A DNA stretch of 30,977 nt from an uncultured Atribacterota bacterium (GTDB taxonomy: Bacteria > Atribacterota > Phoenicimicrobiia > Phoenicimicrobiales > Phoenicimicrobiaceae). A model generated the notes under the pieces. It saw only the letters and a program-made list of their open reading frames with translations. It searched no databases and was not told the origin of the DNA. The position numbers and the translations under genes were made by a program. Below are positions 1 through 10,330 of the stretch, in pieces. Position 1 is the first letter of the stretch. Each line of letters starts with the position of its first letter. The stretch is taken from positions 1 to 30,977 of the forward strand of contig CBFCZX010000001.1 of the NCBI GenBank assembly GCA_965602765.1. The letters run 5' to 3'.

Positions 1-52
1 CAGGACACTGCGGGTATGAACCGCATGCTCTAGCCATCTGAGCTACACCGCC
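1..52 (-). tRNA. tRNA-Met(CAU), probably elongator; 3' part runs off the window
   Basis: Minus strand reads GGCGGTGTAGCTCAGATGGCTAGAGCATGCGGTTCATACCCGCAGTGTCCTG; anticodon arm GCGG-TTCATAC-CCGC; resembles Firmicute elongator tRNA-Met rather than Ile2. Confidence 0.85.
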
Positions 53-54
53 AA

Positions 55-86
55 AGTTAGTTAGCTGGTTAGTTAGTTAGCTGGTT
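55..86. repeat. Exact 16-bp tandem duplication (AGTTAGTTAGCTGGTT x2) in the tRNA-Met 5' leader
   Basis: 55-70 and 71-86 are identical. Confidence 0.9.
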
Positions 87-161
87 TATAATTAAATTAA
101 CAAAATAGTATATTCATCAACTTACTTATAACTAATAATATTCATTGATTTGTTATACTAG

Positions 162-196
162 AAAAACCCCTATCATTTTTTTGATTAAGAGGTTTT
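162..196 (-). terminator. Possible intrinsic terminator after tRNA-fMet
   Basis: Minus strand AAAACCTCTTAATCA-AAAAA-TGATAGGGGTTTTT, an imperfect stem ending in a U-run. Confidence 0.45.
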
Positions 197-202
197 ATGA
201 TT

Positions 203-279
<77 letters not shown>

Positions 280-337
280 TCAAATTTTAAACTATGTTAT
301 GTGAATAGTATCATTTCAATTTTATTTATCATAAAAG

Positions 338-423
338 TGCCGGAGGCCGGAATCGAACCGGCACGAACCTTACAGCTCGCAGGATTTTAAGTCCTGTGCG
401 TCTACCTATTCCGCCACTCCGGC
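338..423 (-). tRNA. tRNA-Leu(UAA), long variable arm, CCA not encoded
   Basis: GCCGGAGTGGCGGAATAGGTAGACGCACAGGACTTAAAATCCTGCGAGCTGTAAGGTTCGTGCCGGTTCGATTCCGGCCTCCGGCA. Confidence 0.95.
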
Positions 424-435
424 AGACTGCAAATA

Positions 436-464
436 ATTATATGATAAATCCCTCTACTCGTCAA
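436..464 (-). promoter_or_regulatory. sigma70-type promoter of the tRNA cluster
   Basis: TTGACG (464-459), 17-nt spacer, TATAAT (441-436), about 12 nt upstream of tRNA-Leu. Confidence 0.8.
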
Positions 465-822
465 TAGCATATAAATAATAATATCTGTTTATTGTCAGAA
501 AATTACAAATATCGGAACGAGAATAGGTAAATTGAAAAAGAAATACAAATTATGATATTTTTTTGTATTAAACAAAATTCTACTTAGCTAAGTCATTCAT
601 TTTGCATTGTATCTCATTTTCCGGAAAAAAGTTTTATTTTCTAAGAATAGTTAATCATTTGCGAATAAATTACATGCAACAGTTACTTTCCTTGGAATTA
701 CTTGTTTTTAATTTAGGTAAAGTTCAATATGCTTTATTTTTTCTTTATTTATAAGCCTTGTCCATGACACTAATCCTAATTAGATATTTTCGAAAAGCTA
801 TTTTTTATAGTTTTTTTTAAAT

Positions 823-2402
<1,580 letters not shown>

Positions 2403-2469
2403 TTAAAATTATGTTTATCGTGTAATAGTATTCTCAATTTATCTTAATAAATTATTTTCCATTTTCAAC

Positions 2470-3837
2470 TTAACCGTTAAAATATTTAAATAAAAAAGAA
2501 CCGAGGCTAAAATAAATCAGCAAACTTCCAACATCCACAGTTGTTGTGATAAATGGGCCGGTAGCTATAGCAGGGTCGATATTAATTTTTGTAAAAATTA
2601 AAGGGAGTAATGTTCCAACGGTAGCTGCGGCCATCATTGTAATACATAAAGACAAACCGATAGCTATCCCTAACAAATGATTATTTTGCCAAAGCAAAGC
2701 AACAATACCAATAATAACCCCTGCAATACATCCAATTAGTAATCCAACTTTTGCTTCAGTCCAAATATTTCTCCATAACTCATCCAGTTTTAATTGACCA
2801 GTTGCTAGAGCACGAACCGTAATGGTGGAAGATTGAGCACCTACATTACCACCCATTGCCATAATGATTGGGATAAAAAAAGCTAAAGCTACCACGGTTT
2901 GCAAAATATCGGAATGAAATTTTATTATGGATCCGGATATTATTTCCCCAAACATACAAACAAATAACCAGGGAAGACGAGCTTTTGTCCTGGTAAATGA
3001 GTTTGCTTTTATTAATTTATCTTCATACACCTCAAATGAACCGACCATCTTATGAATATCTTCAGTTACTTCTTCTTCTAAAACATCGATAACATCATCA
3101 ACTGTAATTATCCCTAATAAAACCAATTTTTTATTGATGACCGGTAAAGCCAAAAAATCATAATCAGAAATTTTACGAGCGGCTTCTTCCTGGTCTTCAT
3201 TGTCGAATACACTGACAACATCTTCTTCCATTATTTCTGATATTTTTACATCAGGTTTCGCTAAAATTAGGTCACGTAACGATAACACTCCAATCAGTCT
3301 TTCCTTTTTATCGATAATATACACATAATAAATCATTTCCGCTTCCGGACTTAGTTCTCTGATTTTATTGATTGCTTCACCGGCAATCAGATTCTCCGGG
3401 AGAGATACAAATTCATTATTCATAATACTTCCAGCAGTATTTTCCTCGTATTTTAGAAGTTCTTCAATGCCAGCAGCTTCTTCTTTCGGCATTAAATCCA
3501 ATAGTTCGCGTGATTGTTGAGGGGCTATTTCTCCCAGAAAATCAGCTGCTTCATCCGTATCCATCTCCTCTAAAATATCAGAAACCTTTTCCTTGCCCAA
3601 AGCATCCATAATATTTGTCTGAAGATCAGAATCCAACTCAGTGAATAGTTCCGCAATTTTTTCATCATCTTTTAATATTTTGAATATTTCAATGATTTTT
3701 TCGAAAGGTATGTAGTCAACGATTTCCGAAAATTCTGTAGGATATAAACCATCTATGATTTCTTTTAATTTTTCATTTTTTTTGCCTTCTAATAGTCTAA
3801 TGATTGTTTTGGCAAATTTTTTTCTTTTTTCTTCCAT
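2470..3837 (-). CDS. mgtE: MgtE magnesium transporter
   Basis: N-domain, CBS pair (AGSIMNNEFV, GIITVDDVID), TM motifs MAMGGNVGAQS and DPAIATGPFITTTVD. Confidence 0.97.
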   Translation of the reverse strand: MEEKRKKFAKTIIRLLEGKKNEKLKEIIDGLYPTEFSEIVDYIPFEKIIEIFKILKDDEKIAELFTELDSDLQTNIMDALGKEKVSDILEEMDTDEAADFLGEIAPQQSRELLDLMPKEEAAGIEELLKYEENTAGSIMNNEFVSLPENLIAGEAINKIRELSPEAEMIYYVYIIDKKERLIGVLSLRDLILAKPDVKISEIMEEDVVSVFDNEDQEEAARKISDYDFLALPVINKKLVLLGIITVDDVIDVLEEEVTEDIHKMVGSFEVYEDKLIKANSFTRTKARLPWLFVCMFGEIISGSIIKFHSDILQTVVALAFFIPIIMAMGGNVGAQSSTITVRALATGQLKLDELWRNIWTEAKVGLLIGCIAGVIIGIVALLWQNNHLLGIAIGLSLCITMMAAATVGTLLPLIFTKINIDPAIATGPFITTTVDVGSLLIYFSLGSFLFKYFNG

Positions 3838-3936
3838 GATTTCACCCCTTTCTTAAATTATCGGAATATACCAGTTTTAGATTCAAGTCATGACCTTTTA
3901 TCAATATAAGGATTTTATTTATCTATTCTCTATCTT

Positions 3937-4206
3937 TTATTCATAGTCTTTCTTTATTATTTCCTCTAATACCTTGTATAAAGATGATGCATTTTTTGCT
4001 TGAACATTTTTTATCGGAACCTCTAAGACTACCAAGCGAATAATTTTAGAAGGAAACCGAATTTCTATTTCGTCATCCTTTTTAATTTCATCTCCAGCTT
4101 TGGCTATTCGCAGGTTAACTTTCACGCATTTTGCCAGACACGCTTTCTTTGCCTCTGTCCTTCTTTTAATTATCCTACTTATTTTTAGATATTTATCAAT
4201 TCTCAT
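3937..4206 (-). CDS. S4-domain RNA-binding protein (YabO/RqcP/HslR-like)
   Basis: MRIDKYLK..IIKRRTEAKKAC S4 signature; start placed at ATG 4206. Confidence 0.9.
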   Translation of the reverse strand: MRIDKYLKISRIIKRRTEAKKACLAKCVKVNLRIAKAGDEIKKDDEIEIRFPSKIIRLVVLEVPIKNVQAKNASSLYKVLEEIIKKDYE

Positions 4207-4211
4207 GTTTA

Positions 4212-4290
4212 TCAATGGGCCAATTTGCTAATTAGCTAATTCTCCAATATATTTATTTCCCAATTACTGATTCATCAATTCACCAATGTT
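4212..4290. repeat. Degenerate 8-nt-period minisatellite, about 10 units, consensus YYAATTNN
   Basis: tcaatggg ccaatttg ctaattag ctaattct ccaatata tttatttc ccaatta ctgattca tcaattca ccaatgtt. Confidence 0.65.
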
Positions 4291-4598
4291 AAATATTTAA
4301 AATGAAGAAAATATCATAATAATCATATAACATAAAATCGGCTGATTTTTTAAAATTAATTATCAATACATCTGAATAAGTTTAAGTAAAATTAATCAGC
4401 GGCTTGTCTTTTATATTTTTTAATTTTAAATTAAAAAAATATTGTATTCTATATTACTATCATTACACATTCCGATTATAGTAATGTGGTTCTTCATCTC
4501 TTTTTCTTTTATTTTGATTATTTAAATTCAGCCTGTCTTTATGCTTATGGTTTCAGTGTTATGCTCAATATTTAAATCTGATGATTCTATATACTCTA

Positions 4599-6080
4599 TT
4601 ATTCTTTTGTTTTTAGTTGCGGGAAAAGAATAACCTCTTTAATTGAGCTTGAATTGGTTAACAGCATCATTAATCGATCGATACCGATACCTAAGCCACC
4701 CGCTGGTGGCAAGCCATATTCTAAAGCTTCTATATAATCTTTATCCATAAAATGACTTTCCAAATCTCCAGCTTCCTTTTTGGCAGCCTGTTCTTCAAAT
4801 CGTCTTTTTTGTTCTGTAGGATCATTTAATTCTGTAAAAGCATTGGCCAACTCCATTGAATTAATAAATAACTCAAAACGTTCAACCAATTCAGGGTTAT
4901 CTTTCTTCTGTTTTGACAGAGGAGATACTTCCAGGGGATAGTCAATGATAAAAGTGGGTTGAATTAATGTCGGTTCTACATATTTTTCAAAAAGCTCATT
5001 GGTAATCTCCCCTCTACTGGCGCTATTTTTAATGTCCAGGTTGTTTTCCCTTATAATTTTTACAAAATCCTTCTCAGGTAATTTTTCCATATCAATGCCA
5101 CATGTTTCTTGAATAGAATCATGCATGCTTATTTTTTTCCAGGGAGAGGAAAAATTGATTAACTTTCCCTGATATTCAATTTCCAGTTTTCCCAATACAT
5201 TTTTAACAATATATACAATTAATTCCTCGGTAATCTGCATCATGGTATGGTAGTTGCCGTAAGCTTCATATAGTTCAACCATGGTAAATTCAGGATTATG
5301 TTTGGTGGAAATCCCTTCATTTCTAAAATTACGGCTTAATTCATATACTTTTTCCAGCCCTCCAACCAATAATCGTTTCAAATATAGTTCCGGAGCTATT
5401 CTCAAATAAAAATCCCTGTCTAGAGCATTATGGTGTGTAATAAATGGCCTTGCCGTAGCTCCACCGGGAATGGGCTGCATAATTGGAGTTTCAACTTCCA
5501 GATATCCTTTGCTGTCTAAAAAATTTCTCAATGATCGAATCACCTTGCTTCTTTTTATAAAAATATCACGAACTGAAGAATTGACAATTAAATCCAAATA
5601 TCTTTTCCTGTATCTTGTTTCTATGTCTTTCAGACCATGCCATTTTTCAGGCAAGCTACGGATTGATTTACATAATAGAGTTAGTTCTTCAGTAAAAATA
5701 GTTAATTCTCCCATTTTTGTTCTAAATACTAAACCAGTAATTCCAATAATATCTCCAACATCAATCTTACTAAAAAGTTCGAAAGTTTTCTGGCCCACTT
5801 TATTGGATTTTATATATATCTGCATTCTACCTTCAATATCTTCAATATCAGCAAACGCAGCTTTTCCATGTTTTCTTAGAGCCATTATTCTTCCGGCGAT
5901 AGTCACTTTTTCTTGACTGCTTTCACCAATTCCAAGTTGATTGAATTTTTGGATTACTTCTCCAATTTTATGCTTTCTTTCAAATCTTTGTCCAAAAGGA
6001 TCAATTCCTTCTTTTTTTATATTTTCTATCTCGCTTCTTTTAATAGAAATCATTTCTTCTGTGCTCTTTTTTATTTCCAT
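4599..6080 (-). CDS. lysS: Class II lysyl-tRNA synthetase
   Basis: OB-fold N-terminus, GGATARPF, FRNEGIS.KHNPEFT, GGLGIGIDRL; start at ATG 6080 after an AAGGA SD. Confidence 0.99.
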   Translation of the reverse strand: MEIKKSTEEMISIKRSEIENIKKEGIDPFGQRFERKHKIGEVIQKFNQLGIGESSQEKVTIAGRIMALRKHGKAAFADIEDIEGRMQIYIKSNKVGQKTFELFSKIDVGDIIGITGLVFRTKMGELTIFTEELTLLCKSIRSLPEKWHGLKDIETRYRKRYLDLIVNSSVRDIFIKRSKVIRSLRNFLDSKGYLEVETPIMQPIPGGATARPFITHHNALDRDFYLRIAPELYLKRLLVGGLEKVYELSRNFRNEGISTKHNPEFTMVELYEAYGNYHTMMQITEELIVYIVKNVLGKLEIEYQGKLINFSSPWKKISMHDSIQETCGIDMEKLPEKDFVKIIRENNLDIKNSASRGEITNELFEKYVEPTLIQPTFIIDYPLEVSPLSKQKKDNPELVERFELFINSMELANAFTELNDPTEQKRRFEEQAAKKEAGDLESHFMDKDYIEALEYGLPPAGGLGIGIDRLMMLLTNSSSIKEVILFPQLKTKE

Positions 6081-6189
6081 CCATCCATCCTTTATTAATT
6101 TTCTGATAACAAAATGATTTAGCAACCTGCATTGTATAAACTAAAGAAGGCAGCAGTATAATTTTATGCCTTTAATGTCATATAAATAA

Positions 6190-6240
6190 ATAATGAACAA
6201 AGCATGCTATATTTGAAATATCTAAAACTTTGTTCATTAT
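6190..6240 (-). terminator. 13-bp inverted repeat downstream of greA, possible terminator
   Basis: ATAATGAACAAAG (6190-6202) / CTTTGTTCATTAT (6228-6240), followed on the minus strand by TTATTT. Confidence 0.45.
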
Positions 6241-6274
6241 CGCATTTATTACAAACTATTCTCTATTTGAAAAA

Positions 6275-6748
6275 TTATTTAATATCTAAAACTTTAAATT
6301 TAAGTTGCCCCGCAGGAACTCTAATTTCAACAATATCCCCTTTCTTTTTTCCCAATAAAGCTTTACCAATGGGAGAAGAGATGGATATTTTACCAAAATC
6401 CGGTTCAGCCTCTACATAATCCAATATGATAAATTTATTCTTCTTTTTAAGCTTTAAATCTTCGACAGATACTTCCGATCCTAATGACACAAATTCCAGA
6501 TTTTTTTTATTTTCATCGATTAACTCATAATTCTCAATGATTCGCTCAAGCGAAAATATTCTTCCTTCAATAAAAGCTTGCTCATTCTTTGCAGCATTAT
6601 ATTCTGCATTTTCAGCAATTTCTCCAAAACTTACTGCATTTCTTATTTTCTCGGCAATTTCTTTTCTCTTAACTCTTTTAAGATGGTGTAATTCTTCCTC
6701 TACCTTTTTTAAACCTTCTGAAGTTAACATCACTTTTTTATCAAACAT
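6275..6748 (-). CDS. greA: Transcription elongation factor GreA
   Basis: LTSEGLKKVEEEL, GEIAENAEYNAAKNEQ, ISISSPIGKALLG; start at ATG 6748 after a GGAG SD. Confidence 0.97.
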   Translation of the reverse strand: MFDKKVMLTSEGLKKVEEELHHLKRVKRKEIAEKIRNAVSFGEIAENAEYNAAKNEQAFIEGRIFSLERIIENYELIDENKKNLEFVSLGSEVSVEDLKLKKKNKFIILDYVEAEPDFGKISISSPIGKALLGKKKGDIVEIRVPAGQLKFKVLDIK

Positions 6749-6819
6749 TGAACATATCTCCAATGACAATTATAGTATAGTACATTTTATGTATTTTAAT
6801 GATTATAAATTAAATATAA

Positions 6820-6850
6820 GCACTATTATTCTTTAATAAAGTAATAGTGC
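6820..6850 (-). terminator. Candidate attenuator hairpin in the greA leader
   Basis: GCACTATTA-CTTT-ATT-AAAG-AA-TAATAGTGC followed by TTATATTT, lying between the promoter and the start codon. Confidence 0.5.
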
Positions 6851-6876
6851 CTATATAAATGGTTATCTTTATAGGA

Positions 6877-6905
6877 ATTATAAGATATTGGATTTTTCTT
6901 GTCAA
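6877..6905 (-). promoter_or_regulatory. Perfect-consensus sigma70 promoter of greA
   Basis: TTGACA (6905-6900), 17 nt, TATAAT (6882-6877). Confidence 0.85.
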
Positions 6906-7013
6906 ATAAATTTAATCATTGTCTTTATGTAAATAAATAAAAAATTATTTACATGTTTGTTTTCTTTCTAGCAGTGCTATCCAAATTCACAAAATATAAA
7001 TAGCAATTGAATG

Positions 7014-8204
7014 CTATATTATTCCTAATTTTTTACCCGATCTTTCGAAAATATCTAATGCCTCTTCAATGTCTTCATCTGTATGGGTTGACAAAACATG
7101 AGACCTGAGCCTATTTGTTCCTCTTGGTACTGCGGGGAATATAATCGGACAGATAAAAACTCCTTCTTCGTTGACCATTTTACAAAGTTCAAGCGTATCT
7201 TCTTCATTACCAATAATAAGTGGTACGATAGCAGTAATACTCTCCCCGATATTGTAGCCCATTGCGCGAATTCCTGCTCTAAATTTTTTCATATTTTTCC
7301 GTAAATTTTCAATGCGTTCCGGTTCATCTTCAATAACTTCCAAAGCAGCTTTGGCCACTGCAGCTGTAACCGGAGGAAGTGGAGCAGAAAATATAAATGG
7401 CCTAGAATTATGTCTTAAATAATCCACCATATCTTTTTCCCCTGCTATATACCCTCCAACCGAAGGAATGGTTTTGCTTAAAGTACCCATATGAATGTCA
7501 ACTGCATTCTTTAGTCCAAAATGTTCTTCTATTCCGTGGCCAGTTTTACCCAAAACTCCAATAGAATGCGCTTCATCCACCATAACTTTAGCATTGTACT
7601 TTTTAGCTAATCTTGATATTTCGGGTAAATTAGCTACATCTCCCTCCATACTGTATACTCCGTCTACTATGACTATTTTGTTGATAAATTCATCAGAATT
7701 TGCTAAAATTCTTTCCAAACTGTTCATATCATTATGTAAAAAAGTTTTATATCTTGCTCCGGAAAGCATACATCCATCAATTATGCTGGCATGATCTATT
7801 TTGTCCATAATAATCAAATCTCCTCTTTGGTAAAGAGAAGTAATTGCAGCCAAATTTGTTACATAACCGCTGGTATATGTTATTGCAGCTTCTGCTCCCT
7901 TAAATTCTGCAATCTTCGTTTCCAATTCTTCATGCATTCTGGTGGTTCCCGATAAAAGGCGTACTCCGGAAGTTCCTGTTCCATATTTTTCCAGCGCTTT
8001 GATTGCTGCTTCTTTTAATCTGGGATGGTCAATTAAACCCAGATAGTTATAAGATGCAAACATAATTTTTTCTTTTCCATCGATTAATACTCTTGATTCT
8101 GATGCATTCTCAACAGTCTTTAAATAAAAGAATTTACCATCTTCTTTCATTTTATTGACTCTCTGCTTGAGTTCATTAATCCTATTTTCTAATAAAATTC
8201 CCAT
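7014..8204 (-). CDS. PLP-dependent alpha-oxoamine synthase (BioF/Kbl/serine palmitoyltransferase family)
   Basis: FASYNYLGL, DKIDHASIIDG, DGVYSMEGD, VDEAH, GTLSK (PLP lysine); substrate undetermined. Confidence 0.9.
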   Translation of the reverse strand: MGILLENRINELKQRVNKMKEDGKFFYLKTVENASESRVLIDGKEKIMFASYNYLGLIDHPRLKEAAIKALEKYGTGTSGVRLLSGTTRMHEELETKIAEFKGAEAAITYTSGYVTNLAAITSLYQRGDLIIMDKIDHASIIDGCMLSGARYKTFLHNDMNSLERILANSDEFINKIVIVDGVYSMEGDVANLPEISRLAKKYNAKVMVDEAHSIGVLGKTGHGIEEHFGLKNAVDIHMGTLSKTIPSVGGYIAGEKDMVDYLRHNSRPFIFSAPLPPVTAAVAKAALEVIEDEPERIENLRKNMKKFRAGIRAMGYNIGESITAIVPLIIGNEEDTLELCKMVNEEGVFICPIIFPAVPRGTNRLRSHVLSTHTDEDIEEALDIFERSGKKLGII

Positions 8205-8228
8205 AATTATTCTCCCTTTTTTAATTAA

Positions 8229-9137
8229 TTAGTTTAATTTCTCTATTCTCGGTTTGAATCCTATTTTTTCAATTAATTTGAGATAATCATCTGGTAACAA
8301 TTCCTCCGGGGATTTTCCCGAAACTGCTACTAAAGTCGCTTGAAACACATTAGTCCCAAAAGATCTACCTTCAAATTCAGGTGTTGTAGTTATCAAGTAA
8401 CTTACCCCTCTGTTTTTCAGGTCTTTTACATTAGCACTAGTAACAGTATTGGTAATGACTATTTTTCCTTCCATTTCTTCTGGCATATATTGACTTATTC
8501 CTAAATAGTCACCCGCTATAATATCTGCTTTTTGAAAATATTTAATATATTTTGGATTGGATTTCTCCTGTTTTTCACCTGTTGGATATAAGTATTTGAT
8601 GGGCACGTGGACAAATATCGGCAACAATATCCGGGCAATTTGGTTGATGGTTTTAAAAGAATGCATGGGGATAGGAACATTTAAGCAGAAGATTAAATCA
8701 CCAAATGTCATTTCACACCCTGCCTCAATTAATCCTTCAGCCAATCCAAACCGGTCTACGGTAATGGTTACTAAAGCTTTTTTACCTTTTAAAACAATAT
8801 CGGTCTGGTTTTCAACGTACTTGACTACGCTTTTTTCTAAAACATATTTAATCCCAGTACCATCAACGATAGGAGTGTTCTTAATGACACTAACAATCCT
8901 TTCAGATTCCTTTATGGTATATCTTTTTCCATTAGGACCGGAGTATAAATAGAGATCTGTTCCTCCCAGGCTGAAAATATCAACTTTTCCATCATATTCT
9001 TGAAATACCTGTATCATCTTTTTTACGTCTCCATCAGTTCCTCTCCTTTCTATCTCGACCTTTTCACCCAATATTTCAATTTGCACTTTATGGTCTCTTG
9101 TTGAAGAACCCAAACTAACTCCTAAGACTTTCTTCAT
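8229..9137 (-). CDS. Conserved uncharacterised protein (family often auto-annotated 'quinate 5-dehydrogenase')
   Basis: VSLGSSTRDH, ERRGTDGD, TTTPEFEGRSFGTNV motifs recalled from this family; no catalytic evidence for the name. Confidence 0.65.
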   Translation of the reverse strand: MKKVLGVSLGSSTRDHKVQIEILGEKVEIERRGTDGDVKKMIQVFQEYDGKVDIFSLGGTDLYLYSGPNGKRYTIKESERIVSVIKNTPIVDGTGIKYVLEKSVVKYVENQTDIVLKGKKALVTITVDRFGLAEGLIEAGCEMTFGDLIFCLNVPIPMHSFKTINQIARILLPIFVHVPIKYLYPTGEKQEKSNPKYIKYFQKADIIAGDYLGISQYMPEEMEGKIVITNTVTSANVKDLKNRGVSYLITTTPEFEGRSFGTNVFQATLVAVSGKSPEELLPDDYLKLIEKIGFKPRIEKLN

Positions 9138-9161
9138 GTTTAACCCTCCAAAATTCTATTT

Positions 9162-9686
9162 TCAAACCTTTACTTCTTTTACAATTTCCATTATTTTTTC
9201 GGGATTGATATACTTATCTTCTTTGATGGGTGAATGACCGATAACTTTCCCGATTACCTGCACGTTAAATATTTTTTCGACCACAGGAACTCTCCTGTCT
9301 GATCCTAAAAATATTATCAAATCAAAATCTGACAATTGAACGATCACATCCATAATTTTATTAAACAATTCAACTTTGCTTTTTTCTTTAATAAATTCAT
9401 ATCTTTCTTTTTGGGTAAGAAGTAAAATAAATTCAATTCCTATTTCTTTTGCAGATTTAATAATTTCCTCTTTGTTCTTAATTGGAAATCCGATTAAAGC
9501 AATTTTTTTTCCTTTTCTTATCTCTCCCAGGCTTTCTAATCTTGATACAAAAGTCCTCTCGATACCTAACTTACGGGCAACTCCTTCTTGTGTAATACCC
9601 TCAGAGCGTAAATCTAAAATTCTATTTATTTCCTTATTTACTTTTTCCTTGCTAATAACTTTTTCACCGATTCTGATAAAATGCAT
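9162..9686 (-). CDS. HTH transcriptional regulator
   Basis: GITQEGVARKLGIERTFVSRLE HTH; start at ATG 9686 after a CAGGAG SD. Confidence 0.8.
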   Translation of the reverse strand: MHFIRIGEKVISKEKVNKEINRILDLRSEGITQEGVARKLGIERTFVSRLESLGEIRKGKKIALIGFPIKNKEEIIKSAKEIGIEFILLLTQKERYEFIKEKSKVELFNKIMDVIVQLSDFDLIIFLGSDRRVPVVEKIFNVQVIGKVIGHSPIKEDKYINPEKIMEIVKEVKV

Positions 9687-9698
9687 TTCGAAAACTCC

Positions 9699-9719
9699 TG
9701 TATACATTTTTGTATACAT
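9699..9719. promoter_or_regulatory. Candidate operator: two TGTATACA palindromes at 12-bp period
   Basis: TGTATACAT-TTT-TGTATACAT, overlapping the predicted transcription start and abutting the SD. Confidence 0.6.
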
Positions 9720-9721
9720 GT

Positions 9722-9750
9722 AATATAGCATAGTCCATACTCTATGGCAA
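9722..9750 (-). promoter_or_regulatory. sigma70 promoter with extended -10
   Basis: TTGCCA (9750-9745), 17 nt ending TGC, TATATT (9727-9722). Confidence 0.65.
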
Positions 9751-10330
9751 ATTTTATTTTCCTTTTATTTCATATCTTCAGACAGATAGCCACTTTTATA
9801 TTTTTTGCGAAAGTAAATATATTCCCAACTCTGTATTTTTCTTTAAAGCATAGGAATTTTTTTATCATTTACAGATAAATTAATTTGTACAGGCTTTCGG
9901 GAAAGTAGAAATATAGATGTCTTAGATATTTAAAAGAGGGATTCTATGAATTACCGTCATGAAGAATAACAAAATAATTTCATTATTATTTGATGCTTAA
10001 AAAATTACCCATGACTTTTATCGGACTGTTATATCATGTAACAAAGAGTTATTAATGTGTAAAAAATTCTGCATTTCTTTTCCATTGAATAGTCACATTA
10101 GCATTTAGGGGGATAATGCTTTATTGAAAAAAAATGAAATAATTTTACGCAATAATAAAATCACCATATAATAAATATATTCAAAAGGAAAGAATTAATA
10201 CCTTTCAAGGTCAATACACAAATATTCATTTGTTGCTCAGAAATGGAGGATGGATGAATTAGAATTCATGGAGAGGATCACACTGCAAAAATCATAATAA
10301 AAAGTTAATGCCTTTTTGGCTGCATTGATT

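Noticed and set aside
3838-4598. Possible M-box (ykoK) riboswitch for mgtE
   Set aside because: No M-box conserved segments in either intergenic region
6081-6274. Possible T-box or lysine riboswitch upstream of lysS
   Set aside because: No T-box GGTGGNACC-type sequence; only a weak AAGGCA/TGCCTT hairpin
8229-9137. Literal 'quinate/shikimate dehydrogenase' function
   Set aside because: No AroE signature motifs or aromatic pathway context; the name looks like a propagated annotation
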